The notes beneath the pieces were generated by a model, which did not search any database, was not told the origin of the DNA, and worked only from the letters and a program-made list of their open reading frames with translations. Of a stretch of DNA of 64,000 nt, positions 1 to 12,746 are shown piece after piece. The position numbers and the translations under genes were made by a program. The DNA comes from Eledone cirrhosa. Lineage: Eukaryota. The stretch's first letter is position 1, and each line of letters begins with the position of its first letter. The stretch lies in contig OZ024741.1 in NCBI GenBank assembly GCA_964016885.1, positions 32,240,001-32,304,000 of the forward strand, given 5' to 3'.

Positions 1-520
1 GATAGTAGCCCAAGAAGAAGACAGCCTCTCTGTGGCTCTGACAATATTGTCTGGGACTTTAGCAAGTTTGAGGGCCTCTATCATCCAAGAGCGGGGAATA
101 GAATCAAAATCTTTCCTGTAGTCCAGCCAGACTGTAGTCATATTCCTCCTAAGTTGTCGCACCTCCGACATCGCAGTTTTGTTGATTAGGAGTTGTTCAG
201 CACATCCCCGAACCTTTTTCTTTCCAGCTGCTTGTTCATCTGTGATGATGTTATTATTTTCACAGTGATCTTGGAGGAATAGGTTCAGGCAGGCTGTATA
301 CATCTTATACATCAGGTTCTGGCATGCAATGGGTCGGTAGTTTTTTGCCAAGTGGGTGTCTTTGTTGTTAGGGACCAGTAACGTTTGTGCTAATGTCAAC
401 CATACTGGTATAAGTGAATCTCCCTTAAGAACTTGTTGGTAGAGGTCAGTAAGATACCTCCGATAGAATATTAGTTGTTTGTACCAGTAGCCAACAATCA
501 TTTCTCTTCCTGGTGTTTTC
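1..520 (-). mobile_element. Non-LTR retrotransposon RT fragment, R4/Dong (RLE) clade-like; runs off window edge
   Basis: Manual minus-strand translation is open: ...LVPNNKDTHLAKNYRPIACQNLMYKMYT...EQAAGKKKVRGCAEQLLINK...WLDYRKDFDSIPRSWMIEAL, matching N-terminal RT motifs of RLE-type LINEs. Confidence 0.8.
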
Positions 521-802
521 TTATCTATCTATGTATGTATGTATGATGTATGTATGTATGTATGTGTGTATGTACGTAGCTTTTTTTTCTTCTTTTTTTA
601 GTCCTGCAGGATGTCCAAAGTCACCTTCCTCAGAAGAAACCTTGGTGGGGTAGCCAGTTTAGTCGCCAACGACCCGACCATGAGACAGTTTGTACTGGGA
701 TACATGTTACCAGTAGCACCAACTCGTGACCTGACAAAGAGCAAAGGAGCTCTTAAGTCTCAATGGCCATCCAATATCACCGGGAGAGATGACCCCTTAG
801 CC

Positions 803-1188
803 TTTGTCAAGGCAGAATTCTAGGAGAAGGAAAACTCTGATATTACACCTGGAACCATGATGGTATCCAATGATGTTGACTTGTTCTTCTTTTTGGTAAA
901 TATCATCTTGGTTAAGAGAGTGGGACTGGCTTTGTGCAGTGCCTTTGTTCACTATAAAAGCTTCACGGCACAGGCATTGCTTTATATCTGGAGATCTCTC
1001 TGCACTTGTCACATGGTGCCATGGGTCCAGCACTATGTGTCAATAATTGTCACAGGTGTAGTGTTTGTACCAGAGTTTTCAAGTCACTGGCCGGACTAAA
1101 AAGTCACACTTGTTTAGCGCATCGGTAGGGCTTCTCCTACATGGATATAAAGTAGTGGCCGTACTCGAAAACGAGTTGGCAGCCACCA
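803..1188. repeat. ~380-bp dispersed repeat, second copy at 24651-25032
   Basis: Near-identical sequence and ORF-track peptides (797..1033 vs 24629..24877). Confidence 0.9.
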
Positions 1189-1360
1189 TGTAGGTAGCTA
1201 GTTAGTGTGCACAATCGGTTTGAATATATTTTGTATTCTTTTGCATTTCAATGAAGGACGACTGTTTATGTTTTCTATTTTACGTTAAAATGTCATCCAC
1301 CGATTCTCTCAAATTGTGGCCTATCATTACACATCATCATTTGTCAATAAACATTTATTG

Positions 1361-1487
1361 ATCTGAGTTCAAATTCTGCCGAGGTAAACTTTGCCTTTCA
1401 TGCTTACGGGGTCGATAAAATAAAGTACCAGTCATATACTGAGTAATTGCCGGCCTTGCCTTGTGCCAAGAAATAGAAACAAGTATT
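1361..1487 (+). mobile_element. tRNA-derived SINE family 1, 5'-truncated
   Basis: B-box GAGTTCAAATTC followed by shared body ctttgcctttcat..ttacggggtcgataaaataaagtaccag. Confidence 0.8.
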
Positions 1488-1552
1488 AATATAATCGGGT
1501 TGCCATATTAACCATAGCTATCTGAGTATCTCTGTCATTGTTTTCTCACCAA

Positions 1553-1673
<121 letters not shown>

Positions 1674-2036
1674 TATTGAAATTTGCTTGAAGCATTGTGG
1701 AACAATAAGTAAATATTTATAAGTCGTTTGGAAGCCCCGACAATGCAAATTGGTAAATCTCCGGGTAACAAGGTCCGGTGGTGGAGAGAGAGATATGTAG
1801 GTGGGTGTACGTTGAGATGCGTGGTGTGTATAAGATGTGTGAGATGTGTAGAATGAAGGGAAGAGTAAAAGAATAAAAATAATAATAACAACACAAGAGA
1901 GAGAGAGTTACCTTGGGAGAGATTTAATAGTCCCTATATATTTCGGATTCACATCCATCAACTGGGCTTTTTTCCGGGGTGGGGGAAAAGGTTTTCTGTC
2001 GGACAACTCGGAACGCGTCTTTCGCTGTCTGTTGAT

Positions 2037-2124
<88 letters not shown>

Positions 2125-2167
2125 CCATGTGTGTGTGTGTGTACTTATATATATATATATATTTATA

Positions 2168-2379
2168 CAGGAGAACGTATGACCCCGACGGCAGAGCTCA
2201 AGCCTTTTCGACGGCTAATTCTGGACTAAATTAGAATTTTTAGTCCAGAATTAGCCGTCGAAACGGCTTGAGCTCTGCCGTCGGGGCCATACTTTTTCCT
2301 ATCACCCACTCTACTACCCTAAGTATTGAGTACTTTGGTGCGTTATGGTCCATCTGGATCCTTACCACATTTCCTTCGT

Positions 2380-2381
<2 letters not shown>
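2168..2381 (+). mobile_element. Family A foldback insert carrying HHR 3' half
   Basis: ~60-bp-arm palindrome; GAAAC-ggc..gcc-GTC at 2260-2282; (TA)n on both sides; homologues at 3793, 24059, 26388, 45302. Confidence 0.75.
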
Positions 2382-2458
<77 letters not shown>

Positions 2459-2734
2459 TAAAACATGTCTATAGAATCACCAGATAAAATATATACCGAT
2501 TCCTCTCCCAATTAGCATAATTAACCATATAAAAAATCAATTAAAACCAAGCTATAAGAATAAAGGCTCATATGAAGAAATCTCCGACAAATAACCGAAA
2601 GCAGCCCCTTCGCGGCGGTTACGACGGATCATTTATCGAATATTTCGACAGCATATATAAATTGACCAGATATACAGTCAACTAAACAGAATTAGGTGTA
2701 AAATAAACTAGAAGAAAAGTGAACATATATAATT

Positions 2735-2812
2735 ACCTCTACCATGGTTTCATCTGCATTTTAAGACATCCGATAACATTGGATATCTAGAGCTTCGGAT
2801 TCTTCAGGAAGT
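2735..2812 (-). ncRNA. Hammerhead ribozyme, family B inverted copy
   Basis: Reverse complement of 3237-3314 with one stem II mismatch. Confidence 0.7.
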
Positions 2813-3236
2813 TAGCTCAAATTTAGACAATTAATTTTCCAAAGTGATCGCGCCAAGAATACATTCAAAAATAGCTAAGAATCATGACGTGGCAGCGGTC
2901 AAGTTAGAAAGGATGTGATTAGTTGCTTACGGCTTGTAGGCATTTTGATAGAAAACGCAGCCAAAATTGTATCTCAACCTAACGGGAGATTATTACATAT
3001 AAAGGTTTACATATATATATATATATGAAATCATAAATATATATGTGTTTTGCAACGGGTCACGTTGTGGCTCAATGAAGAATTAATAAATTAAATAATA
3101 ATAAATTATATATCATAAAACATGTCTATAGAATCACCAGATAAAATATATACTGATTCCTCTTCCAATTAGCATAATTAACCACATAAAAAATGGCACA
3201 ATCACTTTTGAAAATTAATTGTCTAAATTTGAGCTA

Positions 3237-3314
3237 ACTTCCTGAAGAATCCGAAGCTCTAGATATCCAATGCTATCGGATGTCTTAAAATGCGGATGAA
3301 ACCATGGTAGAGGT
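3237..3314 (+). ncRNA. Type I hammerhead ribozyme, family B
   Basis: acttc-CTGAAGA-atccg..agatatcc..ggatgtct..cggat-GAAA-CCATGG-TA-gaggt. Confidence 0.8.
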
Positions 3315-3721
3315 ATTTAAATATGTACACTTTTCTTCTAGTTTATTTGACACCTAATTCTGTTTAGTTGACTGTATATCTGGTCAATTTATATATGCTG
3401 TCGAAATATTCGATAAATGATCCGTCGTAACCGCCGCGAAGGGGCTGCTTTCGGTTATTTGTCGGAGATTTCTTCATAGGAGCCTTTTTTTCTTATAGCT
3501 TGGTCTAATTGATTTTTTATATGGTTAATTATGCTAATTGGGAGAGGAATCGGTATATATTTTATCTGGTGATTCTATAGACATGTTTTATGATATATAG
3601 CTCTGATTATTTAATTTATTAATTCTTCATTGAGCCACAAAGTGACCCGTTGCAAAACACATATATATTTATGATTTTGTATATATATATATATGTAAAC
3701 CTTTATATGTATATATATATA

Positions 3722-3792
<71 letters not shown>

Positions 3793-3794
<2 letters not shown>

Positions 3795-3991
3795 CGAAGG
3801 AAATGTGGTAAGGAACGAGATGGACCATAACGCACCAAAGTAGTCAATACTTAGGGTAGTAGAGTGGGTAATAGGAACAAGTATGACCCCGACGGCAGAG
3901 CTCAAGCCGTTTCGACGGCTAATTCTGGACTAAAAATTCTTATTTAGTCCAGAATTAGCCGTCGAAAAGGCTTGAGCTCTGCCGTCGGGGA
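3793..3991 (-). mobile_element. Family A foldback insert
   Basis: Reverse-complement homologue of 2168-2381. Confidence 0.75.
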
Positions 3992-4757
3992 CATATATAT
4001 ATATATATAGCTGAATAAAAGAACAGAGAACAAAAAAACAGAGAGGCAGTACAAATGGTATGGTTTTTAGTTTCACGCTTGGGAGTATATATATGATGCA
4101 GCAATAGATTATGGTGTGTTCTGTAGCTCGTTTGTTCAGAACAATATTGTGATAAATCTAATATCCCATGTTAGGCCTTTGCCAATAATGTCCATTGTTT
4201 CTATAATAACATTTCCCCAATTCATTTTATTTCTAGTTTCAAGATTGTCTTTGAATGGATCCACAGTAAAATTGTTGGCAATGTTTAAAATACGCAATAC
4301 TAAAGTAAATAGTATAGACAGCACTCATTGTAACATGAGCCCTGTTTTTTCTCTGCCTGTTAATTATTACACTTATAGTTTGGATATAAGTCAGTACCGA
4401 TCCTGGAGGGAGACCTAACTCAAAAAGCATTCCATCCATTAACGATACAACATTTCTGCAGTTATACTGTATATTAGGCTACATTATCTATGTATATTTC
4501 TTTTTAAAAGGAAGCGGGTGGTTTCAGAGGGATTTAGCGAATAAATCAAGTAGGCCTCGCTTGGGGATCCAGCTAGATCAGTTGGAGATGGATGAGTTTG
4601 ACACTATCCGCTTGTAGGAGTTTTGAGGACTGTGCCGCCATGAAACTCTCAGGAATAAGTGGGCCAAGAAGAAGAAGAAGAAGAAGAAGAAGAAGAAGAA
4701 GAATGAAGCAAGTCGAGTAATCACAGAAAACATCATTTGTTGACTCAGTTTATGCTT

Positions 4758-4945
4758 GGTGGATTGGCAGTATCGCAGAGGATCGGACGCCATGCTTTGA
4801 CGTATAGAGATACGGCCCTTTCCATTCTGAGTTCAAATCCTGCCGAGGTTAACTTTGCCTTTCATCCTTACGGGATCGATGAAATAAAGTACCAGTAAGG
4901 CACTGGGTAATTGCTGGCCATGTGCTAAAAGTAGAAACTATTATT
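4758..4945 (+). mobile_element. tRNA-derived SINE family 1, full length
   Basis: A-box-like TGGCAGTATCGC, B-box GAGTTCAAATCC, shared body and tail. Confidence 0.85.
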
Positions 4946-7120
4946 TATGTATGACATAATTTTGAGAATAACGGATGAAATGTCTTGCTGTATTTTTAAC
5001 ATCCCTTTTTCATCGAAAAGAGGGCACTTTCCCTAGCGGTTGACGTTACCTTGGGTTTTTGTGGGCATTTTCCAGGAGTGACCCTGGAAAATCGATGTCT
5101 TGATTTTTAAATGTTTATTTTTTAATCATCTTTATAAAATTTTCTTCCATACATAAAATACTTTGTACCATCCTGTGTCGTCTTTATTGTATGTCTAATA
5201 AATATAGAATGTCAGGGATATGATGAAAATATATAGAACCTTACAATGAGAGGTAAATATCTATAGGCTATGTTTTAACTAAAAAGAGGAAAGAGGAGAG
5301 CTGTTAAGAGTACAAACCTGGGATTAGAACACAGAACGTAAAGGAGCGTAACTACATGACGCAAAGCATGTTGTCCGACACTCAACAGATGCAGCCAATC
5401 CACCACATTTCTAGAGTCTAAAATAATTATTATTATCGGTGTGCTTGTCCAAATGGTCTTGAAACTGGAGAGGCGCATATGCTGGTGGTTTTTAATGAGT
5501 GACCGATGATGGTGGTGGCTGAGTAAAGAAGAACATATTGGAAATGTGTTGTTATAGTGGGGTAAATGCAAGTAAAGGTTTGCAAGAGTATGGTCATTTT
5601 TCAAACATGGGTAGAACTTAGGGGTCCAAGTTGCAAAAGCGATTTAGATTCAAGGCGTTCAGACCACCGCATGAAGTAAATTCCACTCTTGTCAGTCTGT
5701 TTAACAATCATGCAATATAAATTTAGATATAACATGTCCGAATTCAAAATAACAATCTAGTGATACATATATAATTATACACCAATTACGAACACAATGG
5801 AACCAAACTCCCACTGTCACTGCCTCCGTCTTACCCGCTCTCTCCATCTCTCAATATTATAAGTAAATGGCTGCCCCGCGGCAGTGGCGGATTGATAAGA
5901 GAAGGCGTTTCCCAGGAGGATGGTGTGGGAGACGTGCTGGAAGAGCCATTCCAGCTGCCGTAGCTCACACCTGCGGGTAGCGAACTCCGTGCCAATGGTG
6001 GTTTGTAAGGATGATCCTAAGGCCAAGGACGCCAGAGGTTGGTGCCAATGGTGACACAGCAAGGTGAGATGTAGCACGAGGTTTACTAATCATAGCTACT
6101 ACCGAAAACTGAAATCAACTACAGAGTAATGGTACATCCTCTTGAAGAGACAAAGTAAATTAAGCTTAACCAAACCAAATTGGACTTCACATGTATTTGA
6201 AGCCAGGCCTGGTCGTGAAATTAACTATTGCTGGTGGGTTCAGTATGTCTCTATATAAGAAGGCGCGTAATTTGGTGAGGCGCACGAAAATGTCCGGCTC
6301 TGGAATATGTCTGCAGAAAAGAAAAAATGAAACTTACCAAGTGGAGACGCTCAAGTTCAAGGAGCATGGTCACATGTAGACCATCACCATCTAATGACTT
6401 TTGCAAAGAAATCACGAACAGTTATCTGAGATTGCTATATAGTTGGCGTAGTCCTGTTATTACACCGTCTCCTAAGATCAAATATATTCCACACACAACC
6501 ATCTCATTTTTTTCTGGGTACTATGTTCTCTCGGAAAATATTTATTAAACAATGAATTCTTCACTGTTAAAATCACTATGGTTTAATTTAAGCAATGTTT
6601 CGCTTTGGTTACTTGCATAACTGGTGAGGGTTTAACATTTTCTCAGCCAGTTTGTCCCGTTGTAGTATTCATAATTGTATCAACATCATTACAGCATATA
6701 AGCAGACGACATACACTTCTATACAATGCTTACATTTTAGTATATATGATAAAGAATTTCCTTCATGGTATCTAAGTATTATAATCACTTTCTTGCTCTG
6801 TGGGAAATATTTCTCATTAAATATTCATGGTTCAATCTCATCGCAGAATGTTAGATTTAGAACATACTAGACCACCCGTGATACATTGGGTAACATTTAC
6901 TTCAAACTATTTTACAAATAATTAAAATATACACACACATGTATATGATGCTAAATGAAACTGGAAGGCCCATATATATAGTATATATATATATATATAC
7001 GTGTGTATGTATATATATAAAAGTGTGTGTGTGTGTATATACATATATACATATATATATATGTATTCACCAAACTTCTATATATATATATGAATTCACC
7101 AAACTTCTATATATATATAT

Positions 7121-9445
7121 GAATTCACCAAACTTTTAATTGAAAAAACTGACTCCTTTGTAAGAAGGCTTAGACGGATAGCTTATTTCTATGACCAGCG
7201 CCTAAAAGGGAACTTCTATACCAAGGAACATAACTTCCTCGATCATCTATTTAATTCTAGAAGAAATCCTCCTTCCAACAAAAATCTAGTGCAATTCGAG
7301 GAAGAGTTAACTAACATTATAAAAAATCTTAAATTCAAGAGAAACCCTTACAGAGGACAAGAGCTCCTTGTAAACTCAAGAACACAATTTCAAACCTAAA
7401 TTCCTCAAAAATGTTTTAGTCCACTCTGACAAAACCAATAATTTATATGGTATTTACAAGGATAACAACCTTATCCTAAAGGAACTTAGGAAAAAATATC
7501 GCAAAACCAACCATGATAATTTAGAATCCATAAACTTTGAAGCTTCTGAGATTATGTCAAAACTTGGCATCGGAACAAAGACCGAACCATTCCTCCCAAG
7601 AACTCCGAGGATAAATCTCAAGGATCACAAAAATAATTTTCGTACTGAACTACCAGTTAGACTAATCGCCCCTTCTAAATCAGATCTGGGAGTTGTTAGC
7701 AAAGCCATCTTGGATAGAATTATCCCACAGGTTCGTTCTAATTGCTCTTCTTTGAACTTAAATTTATGGTTTGGTACTTCTGGTTCAACAAATTGAATAA
7801 GAAAAATAAGCAAAAATTTATTCAATTTGATATTGCCAGCTACTATTCTTCTATTTCGCCCTCACTTCTCAACAATGCTCTATCTTTCGCTTACAAATAT
7901 TCAGACATCACCACAGATGAACTTCACATCATTCTCACCGCACGTAAAACCATCCTAGAGTTCAACAATGAATATTGGACCAGAGCTGATACCTCTAACA
8001 AATTTGACATCACAATGGGTGCATCCGATTCATCCCAATTGACAGATTTAATTGGTATCTTTATTTTGAACTCTTTGAATCGGAAAATTTCTCAACTTCG
8101 CGGTGGAATTCATCGTGACGATGGACTCTTTACTATCTTAAATTGCAACATAGTTAACCTTATTATTATTAATAACAATATACATAATCTCTTTAACCAA
8201 CATAACTTAAAAATTGATTTTGATAACTAGCTAATTTCTTGGATGTATCTCTTAATCTTGACACTGGCCTATATTACCCTTACCATAAAAACAATGAGAA
8301 CCTAAATTATGTTAATTTTAAATCTAACCACCCCACTAATATTAAGAATGCTATAGCTAGTAATATTGGAAAAAGAATATCTAACCTATCTTCTAATAAA
8401 AACATCTTTGATGCTAACGCCAATTACTATAATAACGCGCTTTCTAAAGCCGGTTATCCTGATAAAATAAAATATAGTAAAGAAACAAATTCTAGAAGAT
8501 CTTACAGTAGAATAATTAATCATGATCATTCCAATAACTTTAATAAAAGACCTAGATACAAAAACATAATCTGGTATAATGCTCCTTTCTCCATCTCTAT
8601 TAATAATAATATTCCTAAATTATTCTTTAGTGCCTTAAATAAATGCTTCCCTCCCTCACGTATCTATAGTAAAATATTTAACAAACACACTATAAAATGT
8701 TCCTATTCGACCTCCTCCAACATCTCCAACATCTCCAACATCTAAACACAACAATAAAATACTAAATACTAAATCTCTTCCTTCCAACACTGAATATCAT
8801 AATAATAGTAATAGTACTGCCGACGTCATTGTAAACTCTAGGCTAATTTCTGCAAACCCAAATACAACGTCAAACGCAACTTCGCTAAATGTTCTTAATC
8901 CCATTCTAAATCAAGAAACTATTATTCCTATCGTAAATAACTTCTCCAATCCAATCCCTTCTATAGATAACACTAGGCCACTTGTTAATATCTCTGTTAA
9001 TCTTTCTAATCGCAATTGCAATTGCGCTGTTAAAAATAAATGTCCTCTCAACAACCACTGTCTTGAAACAAACTTAATCTACGAATGTAAAGTTATAACT
9101 GACACCAATTCCTTTACCTATTTTGGCTCCACTTCCACCTCCTTTAAAGCTCGTCTTTATAATCACCATTCGTCTTTTAAATACCAACTTAAAAGAACCA
9201 ACACGGCACTCTCAGAAGTCATATGGTCCTTGAAAGACAAACATATTAACTATAACATCTCTTGGAAGAAGGTTTGTTCTGCTCCTACATACTTGAACAG
9301 TTCTCTATCCAAGACATGCAATCTCTGTTTATGTGAAAAATTTACCATTATATCTAATTTAGATTCTATAATAAATAGACGCACTGACTTGTTTTCTCTC
9401 TGCTTGCATAAATTCCACAGAACATTGCATAAAGTATACAGCTAA
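7121..9445 (+). pseudogene. PLE RT + GIY-YIG endonuclease ORF broken by frameshifts
   Basis: ORF fragments 7554, 7742, 8239, 9230 in different frames, plus manual translation of 9008-9230. Confidence 0.85.
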
Positions 9446-10388
9446 TATCTAATACGTTATCAATTTAAAATCCTTTTCTCAAAGGCACACATATATATAA
9501 ACACATATATTTCTTTAAAAATATACCCATCTTTCTACCTTATTTCAATGTTATTTATTATACATTATATAATACTAGTTACTCATTCCATATCACTCCT
9601 ATTTATCACTTCCCTTTCTTTCTTTTTTCCTTTTTTTTTTTCTTTTTTCTTTTTCTTTTAATTTCTAACCCCTAATCTGTACCTTTTCTTCCTAGATACT
9701 TCTCCATTATCATTGTGCCTAACGTAGAAACAATTATTACACAGCACAATATATTCTTACTTTATATCACCTTGAAAAAATCCTTCGTAAACATAAATAT
9801 TTTTTGACGTTAGATTATTCATCCTCAATTCATTATTTTTTTCTCCCTTTCATGCTCATCTAACTTATACATATTACACTTATTCATCCAATCTTCTACT
9901 TCTTTCACAAGATATCCTTACTTACATTACTATTGCTATATTTTTATATTTTTTTTAATAATACATATCAACAATTTCTTTCCATCGCACATATTATTAA
10001 ACCCTTAAATATTATTCTTAATACATATTAACAATTTCTTTTCATCGCACATATTATTAAACCCTTAAATATACAAACCTTAATTTAACATTATTCTAAA
10101 TTTTTCTCTTCGTTAATTTTCAAATTTTCAACCTCTCTATGTAAAACAATATATTTTTCTCAGTTATAAAAGCTATCTCTCTCTCTCTATCACCCATCTC
10201 TCCTCCTATCTCATCCTTCCTCATTATACTCCTCCCCCTCCACTTTTTATTCTCATCTCCTCTTTTTCATCCCCCCCCCTCACGTTTTTTTCCCCAATAT
10301 CACACATCAATCTAAAAGTACTTTTCATATGTTGATTTAAAACTGCACTACTCACAAGTGTGTTTTAACCTTCATATCATGTCTCCCT

Positions 10389-10457
10389 ATTTTATCTGAC
10401 GAAAACGCAAATGTTATTGCATGATGATATTTGATTTTGAAATGCGCATAATAAAAT
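10389..10457 (+). ncRNA. Hammerhead ribozyme in Naiad 3' pLTR
   Basis: attttat-CTGACGA-long stem II (caaatgt/atatttg)-GAAA-TGCGCA-TA-ataaaat. Confidence 0.8.
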
Positions 10458-10517
10458 TTCATGGAACTCTTTTAACCATCTTTTGATCTTATATATTATA
10501 TATATATATATATATAT

Positions 10518-10695
10518 AGAAAAAGAGATGAAATCGAAAATGCAACTGGAGTCTTATTTTTTTAAAAAATATATATATTTTTTAAAAAAATAAGACTCCT
10601 GTTGCATTTTCGATTTCATCTCTTTTTCTTTATACTTTCACTCGTGTAGGACACCCAGTTATTTTTCATTTTGTAAAAAAAACCTCACTTTCTAA
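10518..10695 (+). repeat. Foldback insert (arms ~55 bp plus tail), same family as 47641-47860
   Basis: Palindrome centred on aaatatatatattt; right arm and tail match ~47720-47858. Confidence 0.8.
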
Positions 10696-10703
10696 TATAT
10701 ATA

Positions 10704-10757
<54 letters not shown>

Positions 10758-11535
10758 TGTGTTTATATGTGGGTATCTGTGATCTATATATACTGGTCAT
10801 AGACACACACACATAGACACACACATACTCACATATGTATATACACAACTCCTCCAGCGCTCTCTCTCTCCCTCTCTCTTCAATTCTCCGTCTCTGTCTC
10901 CTTCTCTCTCCCTATGTCTCTCTCTCAACCTATTCTCTCACAAATACTATCTCTTTCTCTCTATCCTTCTTTCTCTCTGTTTATGAAGGAACCCAGAAAA
11001 CCCCTAATCTCAGGAACACGTGGTCTGATTTAAGCAAAACTTGTTTTATTTCATATATTCCCATTTCAGGGGCAACTTCCTTTCAAAGTATTTCCCATTA
11101 TCGGCCTTTTGGCAATACAGACGAACAAGCAAGCAAGCAAGCAATCACAGACATTTAGTAATATAGTAGACCACCCGTCACTCGTGGAGTCACGTTCACT
11201 TCAAAATATTTTAAAAAAATTATGTTCACTTAAACATAATTTTTAAATAATTAAAATATACACAGACACTTTGTCTTTGCACGCGGCACCAGGCATAATT
11301 ATTTCTTTCATCATTCGGGAATAGTTTTGTATGGCGTCAGTTTGGGATTTGAACTCGGGAATTTTATATTCTCCGAGGGAGAAGAGCCTTCTGAAGATTG
11401 CTCCCTTCTCAATGGAAATCCGCTTGGATTTTCCGTTTATTCTGGAGCATGAAACCGCGGTAAAGGCACATATAGTAAGTACAGCAAATTTATTTAAATT
11501 TATTTTAAAACTTTTTCTCTATTTGCTAGACCTTG

Positions 11536-11620
<85 letters not shown>

Positions 11621-11626
<6 letters not shown>

Positions 11627-12485
11627 GAATAATCGAGTATCAGAAAATCAGCTCACGAATTAACGATAAAACAAATCCGATATGAGTGGCAGAGGGCTCA
11701 ATAATTTAGATAAATCAGAGCTATAACTATCGTTAAAATACCAACACATAAAGATTATGCCTAAAATCACCCATGCAGCCGAAAAAAGAACGACCAGGAA
11801 GATTCGGGTCACTCAAATAAAATATCAATAAATCAATAATTTAAATGAATGTAAAAACTTACCCGGACCCGCTAGAAAGGTGTTAAATCTAGCTTCTTGG
11901 GTTTCTGCAATTCCTTAATCCGTTCACTATCAGCCCACATAAAAATATATAAACCTATATAAGACTTCTAGGGAACGAATGGACCGGAAGAACTTTATCA
12001 ACGGGTTGCGTCCGACGAATAAAGAAGTGACCCTTAGCCAGACACGCACATGGTGCCCAGCAAGGGAGATAACCTCTATATTAGCGAAAAATTATCGGTA
12101 ATGTGGAAATCATGTGGGTATACAAAATATCACATATCGAATCAGAGTGCTCAATAGACATGTTAAAATAAACAGGAGCTATTCATCATTCAATAGAATC
12201 GACAAAAAAATGATCAATAAAATTAACTGGTCAATAGCTATGTCTAGAGCTAAATATAATAGAATAATCGAGTATCGGAAAATCAGCTCACGAATTAACG
12301 ATAAAACAAATCCGATATGAGTGGCAGAGGGCTCAATAATTTAGATAAATCACAGCTATAACTATCGTTAGAATACCAACACATAAAGATTATGCCTAAA
12401 ATCACCCATGCAGCCGAAAAAGAACGACCAGGAAGATTCGGGTCACTCAAATAAAATATCAATAAATCAATAATTTAAATGAATG

Positions 12486-12487
<2 letters not shown>
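11621..12487 (-). mobile_element. Non-coding partial-tandem (retrozyme/pLTR-like) element, ~635-bp unit with ~230-bp terminal direct repeats
   Basis: 11621-11853 matches 12256-12487; (TA)n flanks; candidate HHR inside. Confidence 0.7.
11861..12006 (-). ncRNA. Candidate hammerhead ribozyme with U3-A8 core
   Basis: acccg-TTGATAA-agttctt..ttcgttc..gaacgga..aaggaatt-gca-GAAA-ccc..gctaga..tctagc-ggg-TC-cgggt; base of stem II is irregular. Confidence 0.55.
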
Positions 12488-12517
<30 letters not shown>

Positions 12518-12699
12518 TGTCTGTGTGTGTATGTATATATAAATATATAGATAAATGTGTGTGTGTGTATACATATATATATATATGTATATATATGTGG
12601 GTGTCTGCGATCTATATATAGACATACAAACATATATATATGCACACACGCACTCACATTATATGCACAAGAACACCATCATCTCCCCCTCTCTCTCTC

Positions 12700-12746
<47 letters not shown>

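Larger units (their letters stand above)
2455..3712. mobile_element. Family B non-coding PLE pLTR-like element: inverted plus partial-tandem copies
   Basis: 2455-2838 is the reverse complement of ~3210-3596; 2995-3195 is the reverse complement of ~3513-3712; flanked by (TA)n. Confidence 0.8.
7121..10495 (+). mobile_element. Penelope-like retroelement, Naiad-like clade; near full length, decayed
   Basis: RT motifs QFDIASYYSSI, ITMGASDSSQLTDLIG, IHRDDGL; C-terminal CNC..CPL..C and LIY..YFG (GIY-YIG) with CNLCLCEK and CLH; pyrimidine-rich 3' UTR; HHR at 3' end; ends in (TA)n. Confidence 0.85.
6867..11166 (-). mobile_element. Non-autonomous Helitron family H, split by nested Naiad PLE and a foldback insert
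   Basis: CTAG 3' end at 6867; 6867-6975 and 10770-11166 match the two halves of the uninterrupted copy at 31473-32063. Confidence 0.65.

Noticed and set aside
1930-1968. Minus-strand TTGATG-gga..tcc-GAAA-TATA-TA-ggg
   Set aside because: Core too degenerate to call
4758-4845. tRNA genes or CRISPR array
   Set aside because: A/B boxes belong to SINE heads without a cloverleaf; no repeat-spacer array in the window
7121-10495. Selenoprotein recoding, reported for some Naiad PLEs
   Set aside because: Cys codons in the endonuclease region are TGC/TGT and the ORF breaks are frameshifts; no in-frame TGA at conserved Cys positions was seen
11385-11440. CTGAAGA..GAAA-tcc-gctt-gga-TT hammerhead-like motif
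   Set aside because: No adjacent stem I pairing
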